Virus record (IMG/VR): IMGVR_UViG_3300027996_002186
Location: 248,001-312,000 of that record
Reading direction: 5' to 3' (one strand)
Length of the DNA: 64,000 bases
How positions within the stretch are numbered: the stretch's first letter is position 1; each line of letters starts with the position of its first letter. The position numbers were made by a program, and so were the translations under genes. The notes beneath the pieces are model-generated. The model ran no database searches and was not told the origin of the DNA. It worked only from the letters and a program-made list of their open reading frames with translations. This document shows, one piece after another, positions 1 to 8,724 of this stretch.

Positions 1-1776
1 ATATTCTATGCCTCTTTTATAAAAAGAATGTGCTGCTACTGCAATAGGTTGTGTAATAGCCGTGGTTGTATAACCATCAATATACCTTGTCCATGATCCA
101 ACTCTGAATTTATCATCAAAGAATTTAATAACATCTTTTGAATTATCATTTATTTTAATTCCTTTGATATAAAATGAATCTTTTAATTTTAACCTTTCAA
201 AATCACTTCTACTAAGATAAAATTTATAAACTTTGTGTGATATTTCTCTTGAACTAAATGTACCACCAGATTTATATTCGGAAATGTTAAACTCATCATA
301 ATCCAATATTTTAATTATTTCATCACTAAGATAATTTGAATTCTTTATAACTGATTTACCATAATTGGAGTTAACTGACTTTATGTTATTAAACATTGTA
401 TTTGTTGATCTAGATGTTTTAACTTCTGAATTATTAACAAAGGCATCTTCGAACCGACAATTCTCAAAGAATGCTTTATTTACTGTATTATTATACTTTT
501 GTGTTATTCCTAGTTGTTTGTTGATATATCGTAAAATATGACTTTCGACAATTGAATATGTTAATGATATATCACCACCAATATTTGTATTTATGAAATT
601 TCCGTTATTAACAACAGATTTTTTGATTTCAGAATCAATTATATAATTAAACCCTTTGTTATTATTATCTGGTTTGTTTACCTTTTGGTAAGGTATTCCA
701 TATTCATCAAGCTCAGATAAATAACTTTCTGGTAATGTATATTTAGAATCAAATGTACCATCTTCCCATTCAGTATTTAATAATGTTCCATTGTACCAAG
801 AACCTTTTCCTTCCCATTTTATTTTCTCATCTTGTCTACCATAAACTCCTGTGTTCCAATCTCCTTTAAAATTACCATTCCTAAAATTACCCTTAGTTAA
901 CAAAGATTGATTATATAAAATATTAATTATCCATTCTGATTGTGTACCTGGTACAGCATCGTGCTCTGGTGCCGTTCCCCACTCATAAGTAAATCCTTCT
1001 TTGAATTCAAATGATTTACCCCCAAAACTATGACTAAATGTATCATTTAATATTCTAACCTTGTTATTATTTGTGTATGTTGGTGAAAGTGCATAAGAAA
1101 ATGAACCAGACATAAACTCAGTTGTTATATTAGTCCATCCATCTATGTCATCTCTAACAAAAAATCCTGGACTACCAACTAAACCATCATTCTGACCCCA
1201 AGAAGTTAGTGGATCCCAATTTTGTTCTGTATAAATTATACTATTTTGATAGTAATTATATTTGTAATCAAAACTACCTTCTCTAGTTGTTATCTCTCTA
1301 TTAACATTTAAGAAATCTTCTTTTGTTTTAACGTTACGAACTTTTATAAATTGGTCTAAATCATCATCTTGCCAAACCGGAACACCTATATAATCAATAT
1401 CTAAAACAACTTGGCAATTATCAATGAATATAACTTTATAACCATCCCTACCTTTCTTATATTTATCTAATTTTATTAATAAATCATTGTCATAATTACC
1501 GTTAAGTATAAATACTCTATCACCAACTTTTAATCCAGAATTTACCTCAGTATAAAACAAGGTTTTTCTTATACCACCTATTATATAAGGCTCTACCCAA
1601 TTTAATAATCTTGGTGAAAAGGGTTTATCTGATTGATAATCTAAGCTTTTGAGAGGATCAACACCAACCAATTTTATATTATCACCAGCAGATTTTAAAT
1701 CCTCTGATGATATTAATCTAGGTTTGGTGGAAATTAATTTCCCAATATTTTTAGATAAAGATGAAAATGATGCCAT
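1..1776 (-). CDS. Large hypothetical (likely virion) protein, truncated by left window edge; contains NGxW/NGxF-type repeats
   Basis: Not in ORF track. ATG at 1776, MASFSSLSKNIGKL...; frame read open at both ends (592 codons to position 1, middle only spot-checked); repeats such as NGNFRNGNF and WYNGTLLNTEWEDGTF; TATATATA 23 nt upstream. Confidence 0.8.
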   Translation of the reverse strand, partial: MASFSSLSKNIGKLISTKPRLISSEDLKSAGDNIKLVGVDPLKSLDYQSDKPFSPRLLNWVEPYIIGGIRKTLFYTEVNSGLKVGDRVFILNGNYDNDLLIKLDKYKKGRDGYKVIFIDNCQVVLDIDYIGVPVWQDDDLDQFIKVRNVKTKEDFLNVNREITTREGSFDYKYNYYQNSIIYTEQNWDPLTSWGQNDGLVGSPGFFVRDDIDGWTNITTEFMSGSFSYALSPTYTNNNKVRILNDTFSHSFGGKSFEFKEGFTYEWGTAPEHDAVPGTQSEWIINILYNQSLLTKGNFRNGNFKGDWNTGVYGRQDEKIKWEGKGSWYNGTLLNTEWEDGTFDSKYTLPESYLSELDEYGIPYQKVNKPDNNNKGFNYIIDSEIKKSVVNNGNFINTNIGGDISLTYSIVESHILRYINKQLGITQKYNNTVNKAFFENCRFEDAFVNNSEVKTSRSTNTMFNNIKSVNSNYGKSVIKNSNYLSDEIIKILDYDEFNISEYKSGGTFSSREISHKVYKFYLSRSDFERLKLKDSFYIKGIKINDNSKDVIKFFDDKFRVGSWTRYIDGYTTTAITQPIAVAAHSFYKRGIEY

Positions 1777-1847
1777 TAATAGTTTGCAAACTTTTTAGTA
1801 TATATAAATTTGTTAATAGTTTCTATAAGGTATTAAACATTTTTACC

Positions 1848-1855
1848 TATATTTG
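1848..1855 (+). promoter_or_regulatory. Bacteroidota-type -7 promoter element TAnnTTTG
   Basis: TATATTTG 10 nt before sirtuin ATG. Confidence 0.6.
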
Positions 1856-1865
1856 TATAAATAAT

Positions 1866-2573
1866 ATGAAAAAGAAAATTTTAGTATTTACAGGAGCCGG
1901 AGTTTCGGCGGAGAGTGGGGTGGAAACATTTCGTGATACCAATGGATTATGGTGTAATCATAAGATAGAAGATGTGGCTACTCCTGATGGTTGGAAAAAA
2001 GACAAAGAAACTGTCTTAGAGTTCTATAACCAACGAAGAAAACAGTTAAAAACTGTATTTCCAAATAAAGCTCATGAAATAATTGCTGAATTAGAAAAGG
2101 ATTTTGATGTAACTGTTGTTACTCAGAATGTTGATAACCTCCACGAAAGAGCAGGTTCTACTAATGTTGTGCATTTACACGGTGAATTAACAAAAGTTCG
2201 TTCAACATTAAATCCTAGATTAATATATGATTGGGAAGATGATTTGAATATAGGTGATAAATGTGAGAAAGGTTCTCAACTAAGACCACATATAGTTTGG
2301 TTTAGTGAGGTTTTATCTACTAAAGATACTGAAAAGGCATACGTTGCAGCAGAAGAAGCTGATGTTTGTGTTGTTGTTGGTACTTCTATGCAAGTTTCTC
2401 CTGCAAATACTATACCTTTCTTAACAAAGGGAGATTCACTGATATATTATGTTGATCCATCTGAAATAAACTTCTTTATTGATAAACAGAGAAAACCGTT
2501 TTTTGAACACGTTAAGGGTGGTGCTGGTGATGGAATGGAAAAAGTTAAAAATGATTTAATTAAATTAATATGA
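1866..2573 (+). CDS. cobB: NAD-dependent protein deacylase, Sir2/CobB class III
   Basis: GAGVSAESG, TQNVDNLHERAG, LHG, RPHIVWF, GTS motifs; FYNQRR with class III Tyr/Arg; start moved to MKKKILV (1866). Confidence 0.9.
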   Translation: MKKKILVFTGAGVSAESGVETFRDTNGLWCNHKIEDVATPDGWKKDKETVLEFYNQRRKQLKTVFPNKAHEIIAELEKDFDVTVVTQNVDNLHERAGSTNVVHLHGELTKVRSTLNPRLIYDWEDDLNIGDKCEKGSQLRPHIVWFSEVLSTKDTEKAYVAAEEADVCVVVGTSMQVSPANTIPFLTKGDSLIYYVDPSEINFFIDKQRKPFFEHVKGGAGDGMEKVKNDLIKLI

Positions 2574-2794
2574 AAGAATATAATATTTATAAATCCGGAG
2601 ATTACTATAATGTGAAGTATGGTGATGGGTACGGTAGTTACTATAAAACTTATGATGAGTGTGTGAAAGAGGTTTCTAAATATTACACGATGGGTAATTT
2701 TGTTGAGGTTGAATCCGAATCTGAAATATCTGATCGTTTACAGAGAGAGAAAGCTTTGAAAAGAAATAATAAGATTGATCAAATTTTAGGATAA
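2570..2794 (+). CDS. Small hypothetical protein with C-terminal RxxK tag
   Basis: ATGA overlap; ends RNNKIDQILG. Confidence 0.75.
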   Translation: MKEYNIYKSGDYYNVKYGDGYGSYYKTYDECVKEVSKYYTMGNFVEVESESEISDRLQREKALKRNNKIDQILG

Positions 2795-3330
2795 TGGGAA
2801 TATATCATTTCTTAATAGCATTTTCAATAGTCATCCCATTTTTCGCATTGATGATATCAATACCGTCAATAATATCTATATTTAAGATAGGTCGTTCAGA
2901 TTATTTTAGAAATATAAAATTACTTTATAGACTTCCCAAGAAATTAAACTTATGTTATAAATTAGATTCTAGAATATCATATAATATAAATGGCCGGATA
3001 CATAATAGAAAGGATAAAGATTATTATTTTCCGATATATGTGAATGATGAAAATGTATTCATTGTTAATAAAAGTGATAAGGGTTTGTGGTATAATTTAA
3101 GAATAAATGATGCTAAGTATGATGGTGAAAATTGGAAAACAGACCTCATAGAAATAAGAACAACAACTTGTATGTTTACACAAATACTTAATGATAGATT
3201 TCAGAAAAAATTAGATAATTTAGTAGAATCATCAGTTATGTTAGAAGATATTGAAAATTTAAATCAATTAATAAATAGTGAGATAGTGAGTATAAGAAGA
3301 GAAAGTAAATTAAACCAAATAATAAACTAA
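2794..3330 (+). CDS. Hypothetical protein, N-terminal TM helix, C-terminal RxxK tag
   Basis: Hydrophobic residues 3-30; ends RESKLNQIIN. Confidence 0.75.
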   Translation: MGIYHFLIAFSIVIPFFALMISIPSIISIFKIGRSDYFRNIKLLYRLPKKLNLCYKLDSRISYNINGRIHNRKDKDYYFPIYVNDENVFIVNKSDKGLWYNLRINDAKYDGENWKTDLIEIRTTTCMFTQILNDRFQKKLDNLVESSVMLEDIENLNQLINSEIVSIRRESKLNQIIN

Positions 3331-3446
3331 TGGATTATAGTTGGATAATGACTAATCTAAATAAGGCATTACGAGAGAGTAGTACCTTTTTGAAATCTAG
3401 AAAAAGGAAAGAGAAATTGAAAAAACTTTTATATGAAAAAGCTTAA
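3330..3446 (+). CDS. 38 aa small protein with RxxK tag (missed by ORF track)
   Basis: TAATG coupling to upstream stop; MDYSWIMTNLNKALRESSTFLKSRKRKEKLKKLLYEKA. Confidence 0.6.
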   Translation: MDYSWIMTNLNKALRESSTFLKSRKRKEKLKKLLYEKA

Positions 3447-3696
3447 TGAGATAGTATTATATAAACCAACGGTGAATGATATTAAGAAGAAAATTAGATT
3501 TTTACCTAATTTAGATGAAAATCTTAGTAAACACAAACCATATTTTATAGACCATACTAGTATTATTAGTGGATTTAATAACCTTGGTAAGACTTCAATG
3601 AATTTATCAAATATGATGAATCAAATGACTCAGATGATGAATAGGTTGAAACCACATAATAGACGTAAAGATAAAATTAAAAGAATATTCGAATGA
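3433..3696 (+). CDS. Small hypothetical protein with RxxK tag
   Basis: Ends RKDKIKRIFE. Confidence 0.7.
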   Translation: MKKLNEIVLYKPTVNDIKKKIRFLPNLDENLSKHKPYFIDHTSIISGFNNLGKTSMNLSNMMNQMTQMMNRLKPHNRRKDKIKRIFE

Positions 3697-3827
3697 AACA
3701 AATGATTTTACTAAAGTCGAGACAAGTGGGTAAATCCTATATGAATTCAATGAATATGATGAAACATTTCATGGAATATAAAAAATTCTCAAGGTGTCAA
3801 AGTATAAAGAAAATATTTAATATATAA
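3693..3827 (+). CDS. 44 aa small protein with RxxS tag (missed by ORF track)
   Basis: ATGA overlap; MKQMILLKSRQVGKSYMNSMNMMKHFMEYKKFSRCQSIKKIFNI. Confidence 0.6.
   Translation: MKQMILLKSRQVGKSYMNSMNMMKHFMEYKKFSRCQSIKKIFNI
3819..3826 (+). promoter_or_regulatory. Putative phage late promoter AATATATA
   Basis: 20 nt before HD gene ATG. Confidence 0.45.
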
Positions 3828-3846
3828 CAAAAACGAATTAATTTTT

Positions 3847-4407
3847 ATGGACTTACAGGAGTTATTAAATAAATGGAATATAAAATGTGATGTTAATACA
3901 GTATTAGCTATGTGGAATGAATCTCATAGAGCTTATCATACATTAACACACTTAAATGATCTTATTGATCAGATAAATGAAAATAAATCAAAGTTTTCAG
4001 AAAAACAATATGAAAAACTCCTAATTACATCACTTTTTCACGATTGTATTTATGATCCAATGGCTTATGATAACGAAGAAAAGTCAGCAGATTTCTTTAT
4101 AGAATGTGCTGTTGATAAGACTAATGAAGATATACAAGAAATTAATCAAATGATACTTGATACAAAAACACACCAATCAAATACACTATTATCCGAATCT
4201 TTTAATAATTATGATATGAACATAGTTGAAAGAGACTTTGATCAACTTCTAATGTGGGAGGAAGGTATCCACGAAGAGTTTAAGGGTTATGGTGATGAAA
4301 TGTATAAGATGGGTAGATTAAAGTTCTTAGAATCACTCTTAGATAAATATCCAAATAACACAGAGAATTTAATTAAACTTGTTGATTGGGTTAAAGAAAA
4401 CTACTAA
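3847..4407 (+). CDS. HD-superfamily metal-dependent phosphohydrolase
   Basis: RAYHTLTHL, LFHDCIYDP, EEKSA motifs. Confidence 0.8.
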   Translation: MDLQELLNKWNIKCDVNTVLAMWNESHRAYHTLTHLNDLIDQINENKSKFSEKQYEKLLITSLFHDCIYDPMAYDNEEKSADFFIECAVDKTNEDIQEINQMILDTKTHQSNTLLSESFNNYDMNIVERDFDQLLMWEEGIHEEFKGYGDEMYKMGRLKFLESLLDKYPNNTENLIKLVDWVKENY

Positions 4408-4408
4408 T

Positions 4409-4831
4409 ATGGATTATGGTGTTATTTATGTCAAGATTTGTCCACCAAAAGGACATAATGCTGAATGGATAAAATATTGTCATATATTAAGTAGTACACC
4501 AACTTCATTACAGTCTAATATAAGACAAATTGTAAATCAAATAAATTCTGATTATAAAGATAGTATAGTTATACCAATGGATATAACTGTTCATCCTGGT
4601 TGTACAACAACTGTTGAGTCTGTTGAAGAGATATCAAAAGAGATATATTCTTATTTTGTAGAGATGATGAATAGACAAGATGTTCCTGATTGTGTTAGGT
4701 GTGTTTATTCTGTTGGTGAGTTATCTAATATAAACGTTGATTCTACACATCACTTAGGTCCCGATGAAGTTATGATTGAACTTGGTAGGTTTTTAGATTC
4801 GTCTGATGAGTCTGGTATATTTAAGGTTTAA
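4409..4831 (+). CDS. Hypothetical protein
   Basis: ORF; start moved to MDYGVIY right after upstream stop. Confidence 0.65.
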   Translation: MDYGVIYVKICPPKGHNAEWIKYCHILSSTPTSLQSNIRQIVNQINSDYKDSIVIPMDITVHPGCTTTVESVEEISKEIYSYFVEMMNRQDVPDCVRCVYSVGELSNINVDSTHHLGPDEVMIELGRFLDSSDESGIFKV

Positions 4832-5538
4832 TAATTGGATATAAAATATTCAGTACCCATTATAGTCTTCTTGGATTCAAATTTACAATTAGGGTAAAGT
4901 TCTCTTAATCCATCAAAGTAAAAATAACTCAATATAAATTTACCTTTAATTTTATTTATAATTTCTGATAATTCTTTATGTGATTCTTTATCGAAGCTAT
5001 GATTTAAGTAATAATCTTCTTTATCCATATAGGGTGGATCTAAATAAAAGAATGTTGATTCAGAATCATATTTACTGATAACTTCTTTGTAATCTATGTT
5101 TAATATGTCAGTTATTTTATTAACCTTTTTCTTATAAGAACTCCACTTTAACTTAAAAATATTAAATTCCTCGGATCCTATCCATGAGTCTTCTCCTATT
5201 TTTCGTGGGTGTGAACAAGTTAATACAATTAACCAATCCAATGCTAATTGTTTCTTATCTTTATTCTCTAAATTATTTAATGAGTTTTGGTAATAAAGTT
5301 TATCAATAGTAGTCGCCTTAACTAAATCAATAAACTCTGAATCTTGTAATTGAAGAAACAGATTATAGTTTAAATGATTAGAGTCATTATAAACGTATTT
5401 AATATCTTTAATATTGAGTGAGAAATAAATACCAAACATACCACCAAATGGCTCCACATAAGTAGAAATATCAGTAGGTATATTTGGTGTTATAAAGTTT
5501 GAAAGCTTTGATTTTTCTCCTAGATAGGGAACAATCAT
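4828..5538 (-). CDS. dam: DNA adenine methyltransferase (Dam/D12 class)
   Basis: PYLGEK, YVEPFGG, YND, FFYLDPPY, LSY motifs. Confidence 0.85.
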   Translation of the reverse strand: MIVPYLGEKSKLSNFITPNIPTDISTYVEPFGGMFGIYFSLNIKDIKYVYNDSNHLNYNLFLQLQDSEFIDLVKATTIDKLYYQNSLNNLENKDKKQLALDWLIVLTCSHPRKIGEDSWIGSEEFNIFKLKWSSYKKKVNKITDILNIDYKEVISKYDSESTFFYLDPPYMDKEDYYLNHSFDKESHKELSEIINKIKGKFILSYFYFDGLRELYPNCKFESKKTIMGTEYFISNY

Positions 5539-6648
5539 TTATTTCTTGAACTCTTTTTTATCACTAGAGATATGGAAGTTCTCAAATTGAAAATACTTAT
5601 CATAAACTTCTTTAACCTTTTTCATGTTAACGTCATCTAAAATGTCATAAACAGACCATCCATCTGGGCTAATCCATTGTCCAACATTCTTATATCTAAG
5701 AATTTCATCTTTTTGTTTTCTAACTAAGTAATATTCTTTACATATGTTAAGTCTTTCTTTCGTTAGATACTTATCTGGTTTAGTTAAAACTTCTTTAGTA
5801 GCTTCAACAACAGCTTTATAGTTCTTATTTGATGTTAGTGTTGCGATAGTAGATATACCTTGTTTATTAACTCTAGATAAGTAACAATGTACGTAATAAA
5901 CTAATCCTTTTTTCTCTCTTATCTCTTGATAAAGAGGTGACATAAGACCCATAGATAACATAGCATTTATAAAATGCACATATCCAAAATCTTCTTCGAT
6001 CACAGGAGATAACATTATCAATGATGTTTTATCTTTAAATTCATTACCTAACTCAAGGTCAGTCTCGAAGTCACCATAAACTAATGGTTTAACTATTTCT
6101 CTTTCGGCGAAATCAATTGTATTATTTTTATATTCTTTACCCTTAGAAACGTTTATTATCTTAGTTGGTCTAGCATATTGTAATTCATAATAATTAAGAC
6201 AATCCATAAATTTCATTTTCTCTAAATCTGATTTTAATCCAATTGGATCATAATCATTAAATAATTTACGAGAAAGATTTAAGCTATGTGTTTGTGTTTG
6301 ATCATTAAAACAATCCATATATTCTTCTAAAACAATATTTCTTTCATTTTTAAATTGTTCTTTAGTAACGTTAAATTGACCAAGTAATTTTACAAATTCA
6401 TGTTTCCATTTATTTACCTTTTCTTCTAAACCTTGTATATAAAATACAATTTCGTTTCCAGAAGTATAAGCATTCCAATCAATACCATCTTTATCGAAAT
6501 CTTCTTGTAGGTGGTCGAAATTCTTACACATCAAGTGTTCCATTAAATGTGATATTCCGTACCATCCTGGCTTCTCTAAATTAGTTGATCCGTCATATAC
6601 GACATAGAATCCAGATAGATCTGTTTGTGATTTTAAATTTATTATCAT
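5539..6648 (-). CDS. M16 (insulinase-like) zinc peptidase
   Basis: GISHLMEH (HxxEH), WNAYT, ERNIVLEE, LYQEIREKKGLVY. Confidence 0.9.
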   Translation of the reverse strand: MIINLKSQTDLSGFYVVYDGSTNLEKPGWYGISHLMEHLMCKNFDHLQEDFDKDGIDWNAYTSGNEIVFYIQGLEEKVNKWKHEFVKLLGQFNVTKEQFKNERNIVLEEYMDCFNDQTQTHSLNLSRKLFNDYDPIGLKSDLEKMKFMDCLNYYELQYARPTKIINVSKGKEYKNNTIDFAEREIVKPLVYGDFETDLELGNEFKDKTSLIMLSPVIEEDFGYVHFINAMLSMGLMSPLYQEIREKKGLVYYVHCYLSRVNKQGISTIATLTSNKNYKAVVEATKEVLTKPDKYLTKERLNICKEYYLVRKQKDEILRYKNVGQWISPDGWSVYDILDDVNMKKVKEVYDKYFQFENFHISSDKKEFKK

Positions 6649-6682
6649 GTTAAAATATTTAGTTTATTATTATAGTATAATT

Positions 6683-6690
6683 TATATATT
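6683..6690 (-). promoter_or_regulatory. Putative late promoter AATATATA
   Basis: 34 nt before M16 gene. Confidence 0.4.
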
Positions 6691-6716
6691 AGTTCTGTCA
6701 TTTACACAATCTGGTT

Positions 6717-7667
6717 TTAATAATGATGGTCGAAATTCTTTTCGAAATCTCCGTATAGTATTAATTCGTTTCCGGTTGACTCAATATCTTTACCAAACCC
6801 ATATAATAAATTTGATAATTCACTTCCAAATTCCTCATTTGTGATTTTATTACCACCATTTAATTCACTTAGTAATTCGTTTAAATCCTCAACGGCCTCT
6901 CTTATGAAGAAAATAATTCTATCTTCTTCCAATATATGATATTTATCGAAATCTCTAACATTACTATTTCTCACTATATTACTAATATCCGTATAGTTTT
7001 GATTTTCATACTTACTCCTAATTACACTATTTATAACGTCATCTAACCAATCTTCTTTCATCATAGAAACCAAAAACTTAGTAACTTTTAATACAAATTC
7101 ATCAACACTACTGTTTGCTTGTTTTAGCATCAAGTGACCATATTGTGTATGGTGGTATCCATATTTATATCTTATTGGTAATTCCTCATCCATGTATAAA
7201 GAATCAACCCATCCGTTACCACCTAATCTAACTTTGTTTTTATCAAGTCCTAATTTATCAACAGTTCTGTATAAATAATAATCAATGTATCCATTTGTCA
7301 CATCCATTGGTGATTTATGTATAACACCAAATATATCATCACCACAAAGTTTATCAACCTCTTTAGAAAATAGATTTTTTATACTTTCAAAATCCCAACC
7401 CTTTCTATCGAGTAATTTTTGCATATTATTGTAATCTAAATCTAAATCTGATTGGGTAAGGTTGTGTTTTTTACACAAATCAGAAAAATTTGTTCTATAA
7501 AATTCACTTAAAAGTAAAACATCATCTGTAAACTCATCTCTTAAAACAGTCATCTTATCTCTAGTGAATCTATGTTCCATAATAAAATCACTTACCTTTT
7601 GTGGTACTTTAGACTTTCTATAATAAGATTCTTTTATAAAGTCACTATATTTCCGATTAATCGCCAT
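6717..7667 (-). CDS. Putative internal head protein (capsid-targeting-like N-terminus)
   Basis: MAINRKYSDFIKES; AATATATA 4 nt upstream (7672-7679). Confidence 0.6.
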   Translation of the reverse strand: MAINRKYSDFIKESYYRKSKVPQKVSDFIMEHRFTRDKMTVLRDEFTDDVLLLSEFYRTNFSDLCKKHNLTQSDLDLDYNNMQKLLDRKGWDFESIKNLFSKEVDKLCGDDIFGVIHKSPMDVTNGYIDYYLYRTVDKLGLDKNKVRLGGNGWVDSLYMDEELPIRYKYGYHHTQYGHLMLKQANSSVDEFVLKVTKFLVSMMKEDWLDDVINSVIRSKYENQNYTDISNIVRNSNVRDFDKYHILEEDRIIFFIREAVEDLNELLSELNGGNKITNEEFGSELSNLLYGFGKDIESTGNELILYGDFEKNFDHHY

Positions 7668-7681
7668 AATGTATATATTAA

Positions 7682-8659
7682 TTAGTATTTTCTATTTTTT
7701 AGATGATTTATAAAATCAAATGAATTATCGATGGTATCTCCTATTAAATCTTTAGTAACATTTATTTTATCAACATTATCCCAACCATCTTCCATTTGAA
7801 AGAAATGATCCGAAGCATCTAATTTTGATTTACTAATGTATATTTCACAATCAATAAAGCTTTTCATAAAAAAATCTTTTAATATGGCTGATGTTCTTAA
7901 ACCAACTTCATCACTATCAGAGAATATGTTTATCTTAGATGGCTTCTTTTTGAGTACTTTGTATAATTGAACCCCGCTCCACATAGCACTTGAACACGAT
8001 ACACACTTCTCCCCATTTGTTTGTATAGCCATCATATCAAATACTCCTTCTGTTAACCATACCTCATCTCCTTCATTTATATTATCTAATCCCCAAACTG
8101 GGATATCTGGACAAGCTAATGAATACTTTAGTGATTTCTTATCTGTGTTCTCTATAGCTATTTTTCTGATAGCACAATTTACTAAAACTCCATTTTCAAA
8201 TAGTGGTATAATTATACCACCATTTTTTATACCATCAACTAATATTTTTTTAAGAGTTGGGTGGCAAGTAGCTCCTATTGTTTCTAGATTTTTATAATCT
8301 TTTATGTTTGATAGTCCTAATAAGTCATACTTTTCAATGATAACATCACAACCTCTTCCAATTAGATAATTATATTCATTTTCACTAAATTTACCTTTAT
8401 TCTTTATGAATAGATTTGTTAATGATTCTAAATCTTCTTTATTCACTATAACATCATCACACTCAGTATCAATTTCACTAAGATTAACTTCAACCATCCT
8501 TGAATCAGAAACATATAAAGATTTTGATTTATTAAATTTTCTTTCTATGTTTATAATTTTAAATGGATTAATATCATCTGATAAAAAATTATTAACAACT
8601 CCTTTAACAGAACGATTGTTATATAATATAAACCCAAGTTCTTCTTTGGTATAATTCAT
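7682..8659 (-). CDS. TOPRIM-domain (primase-like) protein
   Basis: WLTEGVFDMMA and FSDSDEVG acidic motifs; no CHC2 zinc finger seen. Confidence 0.7.
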   Translation of the reverse strand: MNYTKEELGFILYNNRSVKGVVNNFLSDDINPFKIINIERKFNKSKSLYVSDSRMVEVNLSEIDTECDDVIVNKEDLESLTNLFIKNKGKFSENEYNYLIGRGCDVIIEKYDLLGLSNIKDYKNLETIGATCHPTLKKILVDGIKNGGIIIPLFENGVLVNCAIRKIAIENTDKKSLKYSLACPDIPVWGLDNINEGDEVWLTEGVFDMMAIQTNGEKCVSCSSAMWSGVQLYKVLKKKPSKINIFSDSDEVGLRTSAILKDFFMKSFIDCEIYISKSKLDASDHFFQMEDGWDNVDKINVTKDLIGDTIDNSFDFINHLKNRKY

Positions 8660-8697
8660 TTAATCAATTAATATTTGTTTTATTTATTAATTATTAC

Positions 8698-8705
8698 TAT
8701 ATTTG
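8698..8705 (+). promoter_or_regulatory. TAnnTTTG promoter element
   Basis: TATATTTG before coaE. Confidence 0.6.
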
Positions 8706-8724
8706 TTTTATAAAATTAATTATA

